Source: Eledone cirrhosa
Lineage: Eukaryota
Length of the DNA: 64,000 nt
Reading direction: 5' to 3'
Assembly: GCA_964016885.1 (NCBI GenBank)
Contig: OZ024765.1
Location: 19,406,001-19,470,000 of the forward strand
Numbering within the stretch: position 1 is the stretch's first letter; the number at the start of each line of letters is the position of its first letter. The translations under genes were made by a program, and so were the position numbers. A model generated the notes under the pieces. That model was not told where the DNA came from. It ran no database searches and saw only the letters and a program-made list of their open reading frames with translations. Of this stretch, positions 1 to 12,339 are shown piece by piece.

Positions 1-330
1 ATGCACAGAATGTGTTGAGAGAGAAACTGTGTCTGAGAGGGAAAGAATGTAGTGTACGGGAGAGGAGACTGAGGTGGTATGGACATGTGATGCGCATGGA
101 GGATGACCGATGGGTGAAGAAGTGCCAGGAAATGCCAGTTGAAGGAAGACGTGGTAGAGGTAGACCACGAAAAACATGGGCAGAGGTGGTGAGAACAGAC
201 CTCAGATCGCTGAAGCTCACGGTGGAGATGACGAAGGACCGTGATAGGTGGAGAGATGTTGTGCTGAATAGGACCCGTCCCACCCTTGCAAGCAGGGAAA
301 AGCGGACGTAAAATGATGATATGATGATGA
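1..330 (+). mobile_element. RTE-clade LINE 3' end
   Basis: RERRLRWYGHVMRM...GRRGRGRPRKTW C-terminal motif followed by an (ATG)n tail. Confidence 0.85.
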
Positions 331-476
331 TTCATATATGCATAGATATATATACATATGTATATATATACATAAATGAAGTAATTCCATCGGAAAAGTC
401 CAGGAAAAAAGAGTGCTCTATGTAGGCAACAGAGCTTAATTATTATTATTATGTAATAAACAACATAAGGCAATTA

Positions 477-536
477 TTCCATTTACCAGTGGTTTCTTAA
501 AAGCAAAAGGTTTTGCTTTCAATCCTCAGAACGAAA
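477..536 (-). ncRNA. Minimal type-I hammerhead ribozyme, family H1
   Basis: UUUCGUU-CUGAGGA-UUGAAAGCAAAA/CC/UUUUGCUUUUAA-GAAA-CCACUG-GUA^AAUGGAA. Core is intact and helices I, II and III all pair. Confidence 0.8.
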
Positions 537-659
537 AAATCCTGGTTTGTTTATTGAATTTGGATTACAAAAACCTATATACATATGTATATACATATGT
601 ATATACATATATACATATGTATATACATACATATATGCATAGGTATGGACATGTGATGC

Positions 660-1053
660 ACATTCTTTTGCCATCTCCTCTGTCAGTTTTAGATATTTGA
701 AATCAGTTTTCACCATCTCCGCCCAGTTCTTCTTTGGTCTTTCTCTACTATGGCTTCCTTCCACTGGGATTTCTTGGCACTTCTTCACTCAGTGATCATT
801 ATCCATGCACCCTACATACTACTACTGTTTCCTCTTATACTTAGTTTCTCCTTCAGTTCATCTGTGCTTCGTCGTTCTCAGATATTAACATTGCACATCC
901 ATTGAAGCAGGCTTGCTTTATTTCTCTCTAGTCATTGCATATCCTCAGCATTCACTACCCATGTCTCACTACCATGCAGTCCCACACTTCATACACAAGC
1001 ATCATACAGCCAATCTTTCATTCATAGCGAGAGACCCTTTGTTGTCAACAGAG
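660..1053 (-). mobile_element. Degenerate RTE LINE fragment
   Basis: KKCQEIPVEGS..ERPKKNW and upstream RT-thumb remnants similar to the 46 kb copy. Confidence 0.75.
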
Positions 1054-1061
1054 ATGACTAA

Positions 1062-1300
1062 ACAAAACTGATTCCAGACTTCCAGATCAGGTATACAGAC
1101 AGTTCCAGATGTCTAGACAAAACTGATTCCAGACTTCCAGATCAGGTATACAGACAGTTCCAGATGTCTAGACAAAACTGATTCCAGACTTCCAGATCAG
1201 GTATACAGACAGTTCCAGATGTCTAGACAAAACTGATTCCAGACTTCCAGATCAGGTATACAGATGTCCAGATGTCTAGACAAAACCGATTCCAGACTTC
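1062..1300. repeat. 55-bp tandem repeat, about 4 copies
   Basis: acaaaactgattccagacttcc recurs at 1062, 1117, 1172 and 1227. Confidence 0.9.
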
Positions 1301-1587
1301 TGAAACCTAAAGCACGACACAGTAAAATGTTGTCAACGAAGGGTAACCCTTTTGATACCAACCCCCCCGAAACCATCCCCGATTCTACACAACAAAACTG
1401 TTTTGTTTCAAAGTGTTTATATTTATCTAAAACCCCTCCATATACTCGACCATGAAGCATGTTGTAGTGGGTTACATGGTACCAGTGGCTGGCAGACGCC
1501 TCACCTGACCTTTTGATAACATTCAAGGGCAAAAACAAAAGAAAGACATTATATGAAACAGTACAGTAATAGTAATAATAGTAATAA

Positions 1588-1778
1588 TTATTTCTACTTT
1601 TTGGCACAAGGCCAGCAATTATCCCAGTGCATTACTGGTACTTTATTTTATCGACCCCGTAAGGATGAAAGGCAAAGTTGACCTCGGCGGGATTTGAACT
1701 CAGAATGGCAAGGGCCGTAACTCTATGCGTCAAAGCACGGCGTCCGACCCTCTACCGATACTGCCAATCCACCGCCTT
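1588..1778 (-). mobile_element. tRNA-derived SINE family B. Other copies: 7715-7870(-), 9980-10170(+), 20035-20225(-), 20235-20350(+), 27515-27705(-), 27717-27775(+), 31521-31633(-), 35441-35525(+)
   Basis: A-box-like TGGCAGTATCGG, B-box GAGTTCAAATCC, shared body ctttgcctttcatccttacggggtcgataaa, and an A/T-rich tail. Confidence 0.8.
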
Positions 1779-1839
1779 CAGTAATAGCAGTAGTAATAGT
1801 AGTAGTAGTAGAAGTAGTAGTAGAAGTAGTAGTACTTAC

Positions 1840-2604
1840 GTCATCGCAGCCGACTGTGATATTCGTGGTAATTTGTCCAGTCTTAGTACCCTGTAGTCCA
1901 CTAGTGTCCACATCAACGCCACATTGGACAATAAACGTGGTTGCATCACTATTAGCATATGGCTTTAAACTTTTCCGAATCTCCGCTAGCGCCTTCTGGT
2001 GGTAATCCGTTCTGGTAATAGTTTTATTACCTCCTCCTCCACCTCCGCCGCTACCACCACCTGCACTACTATTGCTGTTGTTGTTAGTGGTGTTACTATT
2101 GCTACTACTGTTGCTGCTGCTAACATTGATGTTGAAATTGTTGTTGCTGTTGTTGCTGCTGCTGTTGTTGTTGTTGGGGTTAATGTAGTTTGCACCGGCC
2201 TCGCTGTACCCCGAACTGCTGCACGTGACGATGGCATTGCCACTGCTATTAACAAAGTAGTTAGCAGCGCCGCCGCCACCACCACCACCACCACCACTTG
2301 AGTTATTGCTGCTGCTGTTGTTGTTGCTGCTGCTGCTGTTGTTGCTGCTGCTCTTAACAACAACACCATTGCTGTTGACACCACCGTAACTACCGCCGCC
2401 GCTACTGATCAAAACACCTCCTACACCACCACCACCACCATTGCCGCCGTTACAACCACTCTTCTCGTACAGCTCCAACGAGATGTCGTGGCTGGCATCA
2501 GTCTTCTGCAAGTGACTCAGGTTATCTCGTATCTCCTGCAGCATCTTACGGTGCTGCTCTGAGAATGTCAACAGAAGTGGTCGGCGTTCTTGTGCACGTT
2601 TCAT
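1840..2604 (-). CDS. LATS1: First coding exon of a LATS/Warts serine/threonine kinase (Hippo pathway); the gene continues off the left edge of the window
   Basis: MKR...RKMLQEIRDNLSHL and YHQKALAEIRKSLKPYANS match the two conserved LATS N-terminal blocks (human LATS1 RQMLQEIRESLRNL and HHKALQEIRNSLLPFAN, from memory). Homology ends at VGCDD (cf. AGFDE), followed directly by a GTAAGT donor (+ strand acttac 1834-1839). The exon is 765 nt, phase 0. ORF sequence 1723-1839 is intron read-through. Confidence 0.88.
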
Positions 2605-3260
2605 AAGAACAGATGTTGCACTGCTCTTGTAGTGTTTGTTGCTGTTGTTGTTGTTGTTGTTGTTGCTGCTGTTGTACTTTTAGTTGTTGCTGTTACTGTT
2701 GTAGTTGTTATGATTGCAATGTTGCTGTTGTTGTGGTTAATGGTTGGGGGAAAGGGTTATTTATTGTTGTTGCTGTTGTTGATAAAGGGAAAAAAAAAGA
2801 GAAAAAGTAGGGAATATGAGAAAAATGTGGCAAAACCCCCTAAAAAAACCTCCCCATAAACTAAGATGGAGGGTGGGGTAGGGGGTTAGGAAATTTGGCA
2901 GAAGTGGTCACTAACAACCCCTTCTCGCACCTCCCACCCCCAAAAATTTGAACGAAAACGATAAGAAAAAAGCTAATGCCACCTCCACAGCAAACTATAT
3001 ATGGAACCTAAAAGACCCTCTCACAAAAAATATACTTTTAACTATTTTAGAAATATATTTAAAAAAATAAAAAAAAAAACAAAAAGAATAATAAAGCCGT
3101 TCAAGACACTATACTATAACTGGTACTACTAATACTGCTACTATTAGTACTATTATAGCAATAACTGGTATCACCACCCCCACAACCACCCCCAACGCTA
3201 CAATGTCTCCGTTGCCAAGCCACACACCTCACTCGCACACACACAAACACACACTGTTTC

Positions 3261-3400
3261 CTAACAGAAAGAGAAACTAGCTAAGATTTTTTATGTGTGT
3301 CTACGCATGCGTATGTGTAGATATTTCTCTCTGTATGTCTATGAGTGTATGTTCTGTACGTGTATGTGATGTGTGTGTATGTTTACGACTTCTTCCTTAC
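3261..3400 (-). other. Candidate 5'UTR intron of the LATS gene
   Basis: Minus strand has AAG|GTAAGG (donor at 3400) and a pyrimidine tract TTTCTCTTTCTGTTAG| (acceptor at 3261). There is no transcript evidence. Confidence 0.3.
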
Positions 3401-5065
3401 CTTTAACTGTTTGTCTTAGGAGAAGGTGGGGGGTTACCAAGGGAGCACTTAGGTAGGGTCCTTGTCTTTAAAGGGCTTCATGTTTTACCATATATGTAAG
3501 AAATATTTAAATTTGCGTATATATATGTGTGAGTGTGTGTATATATATATGTGTGGTTAATTTTAATTCTTTTGGCTAGTTTTCCTCACACTATTTTGTA
3601 GCAGTGAGCTGGGGGGTAAAACCCTTTTTGGATGGGTCTGAATGGAAGTATTTGTGGTGGGAGTCGTGTGGGATAGATAGATGGATAACAAAACAAATAG
3701 ATAGGCAGATATATAAAATGTGTATATGTGAGGGGGTTGGGTGGAATATTAGAGAAATGGCAACATGTGATGGTAACCAAAATGGTGGTGGTCGTATTTG
3801 GGTTTAATTTAGAAGAAAAAGAAAAAAAAATTATATTCGAAGATTTTTCTTCTTCTTCTAAGGACTTTTCGTTGTTTTTTTTTTTTTTCTTTCAAATATA
3901 TTCCTTCTTGGATAATAGATACAATTTCTCTTGAAATTCCTCCAGAACTTTCCAGAACAACAATTCTATTTCTTTTTTGTTTGCTCTTGTTTTTGTTTTT
4001 TTTGTTTTTTACCAAAATTAAAAATGACTGATAGGTTCGTTAATTTCCTTTCATTTTCCTCGTTTTCAACTTTTTTGTACAGTGATGATTTATTCTTAAG
4101 AAAACTTTTATCTTCGGAGTATAAATAGATAAATATATATGTATATATATTTATAAATATATATAAAAAGCCACAATTTGGTTGAAGGGGGGGTGGTATG
4201 ATGTGAGAAGAAAACTGTTTAGTTGGTTTATTCTTTCTCTTCTGTTAATGTTGCTGCTATCTCAAGTATATATGTATATATATATGTATATATATAGATA
4301 GATTGCTATATATTTGTAAATAAACCTGATTTGGTTTCAATTTTTCTTTGATTTCTCTTCAGACACACAAACGTTTTTACTGTTAAATTGATGACAAGAA
4401 AAAAATGTTTCAGTTTTCGGGGCTTGATGAAAATAAGGCACACGCTGCTGTTTTTAACAGAATGGTATCCTCTTTGGTTATTTTTCTTCTCTTTCTCCTT
4501 CTCATCCACTTTCTCTCTATCTCTCCTACTTGTCTTTGCTATGGACACATGTACGAAAAGCTCCCTTTTACATTTGTTTTCTTGTATGTTAACACACACT
4601 TGTTAAATGTTTATCATATATAATAAATATAGTGAAGGTCGTCAATTGTTTATCATATATCAATAAAGTTTAAGGCCAAGAAATGTTTATTTCCTGCTTA
4701 AAAATTCCAGGCACAAAATGTTTACTTTTCCAAGAAGGGAAAAAAAAATGATTATCTCATGAAAACTTTTTTTCTCTATTTTTTCTCCAGATATAAGCTT
4801 CAGGAGTGAAAGTGTGTATGTATATATATATATATATATATATGAACAATTAAAAAATGTTTACTTTCTGAAAAAAAAGTAACGAATGTCTAATGTTTAC
4901 TATTGTTATATACAGCACTGAGAAAATGTTTATATATAATCTTTGTAACCGAAGTTGTGAAGTGTTTACTTTGCTGTAGGCACAGTTGTGAAGAAAATGT
5001 TTGCGTTTCCGTAGTATAGGCACAATTGTGAAGCAAAGTTTACATTCAATTATATAGTGACACGT

Positions 5066-6130
5066 GTGAAATGTTTGCACCACTGTAGAGCTTCAGTTGT
5101 GAAGTGTTTGCACCTCTGTAGAGCTTCAGTTGTGAAATGTTTGCACTTCTGTAGAGCTTCAGTTGTGAAGTGTTTGCACCTCTGTAGAGCTTCAGTTGTG
5201 AAGTGTTTGCACCTCTGTAGAGCTTCAGTTGTGAAATGTTTGCACTTCTGTAGAGCTTCAGTTGTGAAATGTTTGCACCTCTGTAGAGCTTCAGTTGTGA
5301 AGTGTTTGCACCACTGTAGAGCTTCAGTTGTGAAGTGTTTGCACCTCTGTAGAGCTTCAGTTGTGAAATGTTTGCACCGCTGTAGAGCTTCAGTTGTGAA
5401 ATGTTTGCACCTCTGTAGAGCTTCAGTTGTGAAATGTTTGCACTTCTGTAGAGCTTCAGTTGTGAAATGTTTGCACTTCTGTAGAGCTTCAGTTGTGAAA
5501 TGTTTGCACCTCTGTAGAGCTTCAGTTGTGAAATGTTTGCACCTCTGTAGAGCTTCAGTTGTGAAATGTTTGCACTTCTGTAGAGCTTCAGTTGTGAAAT
5601 GTTTGCACCTCTGTAGAGCTTCAGTTGTGAAATGTTTGCACCTCTGTAGAGCTTCAGTTGTGAAATGTTTGCACCTCTGTAGAGCTTCAGTTGTGAAATG
5701 TTTGCACCTCTGTAGAGCTTCAGTTGTGAAATGTTTGCACCTCTGTAGAGCTTCAGTTGTGAAATGTTTGCACCTCTGTAGAGCTTCAGTTGTGAAATGT
5801 TTGCACCTCTGTAGAGCTTCAGTTGTGAAATGTTTGCACCACTGTAGAGCTTCAGTTGTGAAGTGTTTGCACCTCTGTAGAGCTTCAGTTGTGAAATGTT
5901 TGCACCGCTGTAGAGCTTCAGTTGTGAAATGTTTGCACTTCTGTAGAGCTTCAGTTGTGAAATGTTTGCACTTCTGTAGAGCTTCAGTTGTGAAATGTTT
6001 GCACCTCTGTAGAGCTTCAGTTGTGAAATGTTTGCACCTCTGTAGAGCTTCAGTTGTGAAATGTTTGCACCTCTGTAGAGCTTCAGTTGTGAAATGTTTG
6101 CACCTCTGTAGAGCTTCAGTTGTGAAATGT
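5066..6130. repeat. 33-bp minisatellite, about 32 copies
   Basis: Unit gttgtgaaatgtttgcacctctgtagagcttca, giving 11-aa periodic ORFs on both strands. Confidence 0.95.
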
Positions 6131-6892
6131 ATACGTTATAATCCAATAGTGATGAAATGTATTCGGTCACAGTTTGTGAAATGTTTACACTTTATACAAT
6201 GTTTATGAAATATTTACTTTTAATATAACTGCAATTGTTTCTTAGATAAAAAAAATATTTTTTTATTTAGTAAAAATTTTGAGATTTCATTAATTTTCTT
6301 TTTCTTAATTTTTTCTTCTTTACAAAGCCTCAAATAATATTTCACACCAAAATATCCCTCCTATGTTAACTCAATCACCAATCAATATATATATATATAT
6401 TGATTTCGTTCACCTTATAACAACTTTACTATGCATTCCTTTTCTTCTTTCCCCCCCTTCGTTATTTTTTCTTCTTTTTAACCATCAATTTTGTCTTCGT
6501 GTCACTAATTACGTCCTCGTTATTTCATTCATAGAGATTCCTGTGATCCTTTTTCTCTCCCCTTTTGTTGTTGTTTATGGTGTTACGGTAAAAAGGTTTT
6601 TTTTGTTTTTGCTTTTTGCGGAATTAGTTTTGTTTTTTCTTTGGCCCTGGTTGGTATTTTGCCAATTTCTTGCCAAGTAAAGACCACCACTGTAGAAAAA
6701 AAATAAAATGAAAATGAAATAAAATATAAGCAAGAAAAATATAAAAAATTCAAATTGACTAATTAATTCAGTAATTAATTGGTTTATATAATCACTGGTT
6801 AAATAAACAAGGACATAACACATTTTACAAATGGAATAAATTTTACAAAGCTGTGTTTGTAGATAATATATAGGGTAAAGAGTAAAGACCCC

Positions 6893-7650
6893 CTTCAGTC
6901 GTGAATGACCATGGGATTTAACCAAGAAAGTATCCCACTGAGGCACAAGTCCAGGCAAGGTTGTTTGTGGAAGACCAGCAGTCACCCATGCATACCAGTC
7001 TCCCCTCTGTTTGCCTCCTATGTTGTCCAAGAGAAAAGCAATGGCTGATACAGCTTGGCACCAGTGACATCACAACATATATGTAATATATACACTATAT
7101 ATACACTATATACACTATATATGATGTTGTCCAAGGGAAAGGCAATGGCTGATACAGCTTGGCACTAGTGACATCACAACATATATGTAATATATACACT
7201 ATATATACACTATATATGTTGTCCAAGGGAAAGACAATGGCTGATACAGCTTGGCACTAGTGTCATCACAACATATATGTAATATATACACTATATATAC
7301 ACTATATATGTTGTCCAAGGGAAAGACAATGGCTGATACAGCTTGGCACTAGTGACATCACATGTTTCTACAGCTGAGTGAATTGGAGCAACATGAAATA
7401 AAGTCTCTTGCTCAAGGACACAATACATCACCCAGTCCAGGAATCAAACTTACAATTTCATGATTGTGAATCTGACGCTCTACCTATTAAGCCATGCACC
7501 TTCACAGACATGAAGGTGCATGGCTTAGTGGTTAGAGAGTTGGGCGGCTGGTCTTCCACAAACAACACTGCCCAGTCTTGTGCCTCAGGGGAGAGCTTTC
7601 TAGGTGCAAATCCTATGGTCATTTGTAACCGAAGGGGTCTTTACCCAGTA
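6893..7650. mobile_element. SINE family A copy (minus) with about 3 internal ~93-bp tandem duplications, head-to-head with a short plus-strand copy
   Basis: tRNA-like heads meet at about 7505-7513. The block gttgtccaagggaaagacaatggctgatacagc repeats across 7020-7365. Confidence 0.7.
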
Positions 7651-7869
7651 TTATAAAGATCCCATAACTCCTTGGAGCGCAACCCTCTCCAGGTCTGAAC
7701 ACAGCCAAATCAACCCAGTACAAGACTGGTACTTTTTTTATCGACCTCGAAAGGATGAAAGGCAAAGTTTACCTCGGTAGGATTTGAACTCAGAGCGCCG
7801 CGCAATGAGGTGGGACAAATACCGTAAAGCATTCTATCAGACGTCTTAACGACTCTGCCAATTTGTTGC

Positions 7870-8210
7870 CTTACCCAAGATTATATCTTATTTTGCATGT
7901 TTGGGAAGAGAAACAACTGCCCAGTGATTGGAAGAAGGATACTAACATAATCACCATCTTCAAAAAAGGAGATAAAATATGTAGCAACTACAGAGGAATC
8001 TCTCTCCCCTCTCCACAGCAGGACAGGGAGCTTTGGAGGACACAGACACAGCATACTTTGAGTTGATAAAAAGAGATGTCCTTGTGACAAAGAGACAGGG
8101 CAGACTAAACAAAGCCCTGCAGCCCCACCCTCCACCACATATCACCGACTCCCACCCATCAGCTCTTTCAGGCTTGAAATGAACTGATAAGTCACCTACA
8201 GGTGCATAAC
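7870..8210 (+). mobile_element. Deleted RTE LINE fragment
   Basis: WEEKQLPSDWKKDTNIITIFKKGDKICSNYRGISL is the RT domain-0 motif. Confidence 0.7.
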
Positions 8211-8296
8211 TGAAGGAAACTCATCCTCTATACTGTAACACAGGTCAACAATATTTAGGTATATCCCATCCTATGTCGTTAATTGGTTCCAGACTT

Positions 8297-8510
8297 ACCA
8301 TATATACTCAAATATAATAAGTCGCCCCCCCCCCCCCCCCCCCATCACCTATTTTATGTCTGAGTAATGGGCAAAAATCCAAACCCCATTTATAAGCCAA
8401 GGCAGTTAATCAACACATTATGTTTAGATGGAGTATATAAGCCAGCCTCCCGTTTAACCATCAATTTTCTGGTCACATGTTCCTCGCCTTATATTCCAGT
8501 ATAGCCAGGT
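8297..8510. mobile_element. Degenerate Tigger/pogo-like MITE
   Basis: Ends taccatatatactcaaatata... and ...gccttatattccagtata resemble TACCGTATATACTCGAGTATAAG-type TIRs; internal tataagcc repeats. Confidence 0.4.
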
Positions 8511-10265
8511 TATTCTTTCTTACAACAATACATTACTTTATTCTCAGGAAAAATGGGAAAACTTAGCGTATGGAAGCTGTTAGAACAGCAAAATACCATC
8601 GAAGCGGTGTTGGGTAAAATATTACCCCTCCTCTCTCTCCATTCTACATGTCAGCTCTACTGACGACAATATTCTTCCTTTCTCGCGAAGACTCGATCAG
8701 ATGTACTCCATCTTTCTCTCTCTCTCTCTCACACAAATATCCTAACACAAATATCATATGAACAAAGATATTTGTTTCTCCATTACGAGCCTCCACGTCG
8801 AAACTGCAGAAAGTTAAGATCTGAAGAGCATTATTTAATGTTTGTCACCTGTTCACTCTCATCCATTCCATTTCTACCTATCTTCTCTTCCTTCCAGTCA
8901 ACTCACATCTAGCCGCTGATCTCCTTCCAGGTAATATTTTACCCAACGTCACTTCAATGGTATTTTGCTGCCCTAACAGCTTCCATACACTGAGTTTTCC
9001 CATTTCCCTGAGAATCCCATACACTTGCATCTCAAAACTCTATTTTCGAGTTAATTTGTTTATACATTTACTTTATATTTTAACATTTATTTAAATGTGA
9101 TTTTATATGTTTTTTGTGTTTTCTAAGGTTTAATATTATTGTCAGACTAACGTAAAGTTGAGTCAATTGTAATAACACATGTATAACATGACTCATACAC
9201 TGTTCACCTTTCTGACATTTGTACATTATTCTATGTACTATACATGCACCTTTGATGAGTTGTAGTGCACCAGAGCACTGTAGAGAATAATTTCATTATT
9301 ATTATATTATTAAACACAAAGTTTATTTTTGAAATATAATATTAAGAAACTTTGAAAATGACGAAATTTAAAATGACATGTGCTAAGGTATAGCTGTATA
9401 TATAAACAGAAAACAACAAAGCAAACAATACAGGACAATGAAGATATATATTAGTTTAACGCTTGATTTAGTAGGAAAAGAGTCTTAACATTTTGGATCA
9501 TAGTTCTTCACCAGAAGATAGAATGAGAAATATAAAGATAGAGAAAAGAGGAAGCAAGAGAAAAAGATTTGGTGGGGAGAAAAAGTGTGTTCAGTCATTC
9601 ATTTTGGGGAAATGCTTGTCAGAGGGTATCTTAAACATTAAAGAGAGATAATCCTTGCATACTGTGAGTGTATGTGTGTGTTTTGTACATTAGACCATGA
9701 CAAAGCTGACTATATATATATATATATACAAAATAGAAAACAATCAAATTTTTGCTTAATACATTTAATTGCTTACAATCGTTTCTTCCAGACAACTGTC
9801 TGGAATCATCAGAGCATACATAATGTGTAAACAAGTAATTACATTCCTAGTCCTCAGAACATTCATTAAGATACATTACTATTGACAGTATCAGTGACAT
9901 CATATTGAAAAGCAAGAGTGACAAAATGATATTATATTATATAGATATCAAAGTTGTGAAGAGATTATTTCATAAAGTGATGGCGGTGGATTGGCAGTAT
10001 CGGTAGAGGGACGGACACTATGCTTTGACGCATAGAGTTACGCCCCTTGCCATTCTGAGTTCAAATTGCGCCGAGGTTAACTTTGCCTTTTATCCTTACA
10101 GGGGTCGATAAAATAAAGTACCAGTAATGTACTGAGTAATTGCTGGCCTTGTGCCAAAAGTAGAAACAGTTATTTCATAAAGTGATAATAGTGAGCATAT
10201 TATATAGAAAGTTATTCATAAAGGTAATTCAAGTGCAAAGGGATATCATAGCATTGAAAGGTGTA

Positions 10266-10575
10266 ATATTAAGGATATATGAAGCAAAATATACAGAATA
10301 TTAGTAAAGGGATGCGTGCGGTAAATTAGAAAGTGAATATTTAAAGCTTATTGCATACAGAATGTTAAAAAATGTTTAAAATGTTTAAAATGGCTTGCAT
10401 TATGGTATAAAAATAGATGCATAATGATTTTTATACCATAATGCAAGCCATTTTAAACATTTTAAACATTTTTTAACATTCTGTATGCAATAAGCTTGAT
10501 ATATTCACTTTCTAATTTACCGCACGCATGCCTTTACTAATATTCTGTATATTTTGCTTCATATATCCTTAATAT
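10266..10575. repeat. Fold-back inverted repeat, ~147-bp arms, ~16-nt loop
   Basis: atattaaggatatatgaagc...ggtataaaa is mirrored by ttttatacc...gcttcatatatccttaatat with few mismatches. Confidence 0.9.
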
Positions 10576-11199
10576 GAAATTTTGATATCATTTACTTTGA
10601 TAGAATACCTTAACATCAGTATGAGCAGCCAGGTACAGCCGGTTTGAACAGAAAGAAGTGAGAGAATTCTGGCCACATATGGCCGGTTTAAATGCTAAAG
10701 GGTTATTCCTGTGATGTACTAACGTCCTGTCCAGGGAGGAATTTTATACTCAGTCATTTAATACCATGGAAACCAAGCTAAGCACCGGCCTGGTGAGTTT
10801 CCAGGCTTGAGACAGACTTTAGACTGTTTGATCATTAAGCTTCATGAGAACAGAATGCCTCATTTTTCTGCATCAATTCACTTACCAAATGAGGTGCAAC
10901 TCATCAAATCGGACTAAGGAAACAAAGTTTCCATTGGTCTTTCCATTGCTGATAGAATCTACACAACAGGATGTCAAATGGCAGCATTTCTTTTAGTTCT
11001 GAGTTCAAATCCTGCCATAGACTTCTTGATCTGACACTACTTTTAATACGACCACCTTTTGGTAAAATGGGTAGAGCATCAAATATGATGCCATCATCAT
11101 CATCATCATTTTACGTCCACTTTTGCTTGCTTGCAAGGGTGGGACGGGTCCTTTTCAGCACAGCATCTCTCCATTCGTCACGGTCTTTTCCCAGATATA

Positions 11200-11533
11200 G
11201 GAGGCACTTGGCTTAGTGGTGAGAGCATTGGGTTTGCAATCGAAAGGTTGTGAGTTCAATTCTCAGACCGGGTGATGTGTTGTTTCCTTGAGCAAGACAC
11301 TTTATTTCACATTGCTCCAGTTTACTCAGCTGTAGAAATGAGATGATTGGACTGGGGTCCCTATCATTCCACTGTAAAGTGGTCATGGAGGTGCCACGGC
11401 AAAAAAGCACCTAGCACTCACTGTAAATGAGGTTGGTGTTAGGAAGGGCATCCAGCTGTAGAAATCAAGCCAGAATCAGTTCCTGTCCCATCCTTGCAAG
11501 CAGGGAAAAGCTGACGTAAATTGATGATGATGA
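11200..11533 (+). mobile_element. tRNA-derived SINE family A with RTE-derived 3' tail. Other copies: 21750-22065(+), 23512-23916(-), 30985-31329(+), 39864-40035(+), 49347-49895(+), 50362-50711(+), 50747-51142(-)
   Basis: A box TGGCTTAGTGG, B box GAGTTCAATTC, core ccttgagcaagacactttatttcac. The 3' end (gttaggaagggcatccagc...ggacgtaaaa(tga)n) is shared with RTE LINE 3' ends in this window. Confidence 0.85.
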
Positions 11534-12224
11534 TCAAGAGTTTTGTCCTCTTTCCTACTTATTAACACTTTAGTCTTTGCTAGGTTCATGTGGCAATATT
11601 TTTCTAGAGCTTTTCCCTCTGAGATCCAATACCAATAAGGTTTACTTAGATGGTAGACTTAATTACACATGTTGCAGTGTAAGGCCACACTCAAACAACA
11701 CATGTGAGAGATGTTTAGATCAAGTGATGCCTGCGTTTGAAGCTTTTCTTATGTAGAGAAAGGCCTTGCACGGGACCAATCCCACTCTCTGAACAACAGG
11801 GATAGTTAACCAGAAATAAGGGGTCAACATCATCAGAAGCCATCGAGTCACAGGTTTCACATCAGAGATTTCTTTCTCCTAGAAAGATGTTCTAACAAGA
11901 ACTAGGGGCCACTTACTCTCGGTAAGTAAACCGTGTGCTTGGGCACCAGAGTATTTTCATGTATGTGTGTGTGTGTGTGTGTGTGTGGTGGGTGTAAATA
12001 TGTTACATATATATATATATATAGTGTGTCTCTCTCTCTATATATATAGAGGGGGAGAGAGGGGGGGGAGTGATAGGTAATACCCAGACCACAGCACAAA
12101 GTAGTCGGGGTTTTACCCACTCTACATCTCACCATGTATTGTGGGATCCTCAGTCTCAGCACTGTAGACCCTCTTTCTCTCCCAAACCTATATACACATA
12201 CGTATGGTGTGTGTGTGGGTGTGG

Positions 12225-12256
<32 letters not shown>

Positions 12257-12339
12257 AGCATATCAGTCAGCTAGACAGACGTAAACATTCCAATAGTTTG
12301 AAATACCAGTGGATGTGGTTGAAAGAGGGAGTGGGATTG

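Noticed and set aside
1723-1839. C-terminal VSTTTSTT...PCFDA of the 293-aa ORF
   Set aside because: It lies after a strong splice donor and runs through a microsatellite into a SINE, so it is intronic.
11200-11270. SINE heads as tRNA genes
   Set aside because: A and B boxes are present, but the sequence continues into the SINE body without a proper acceptor stem or terminator.
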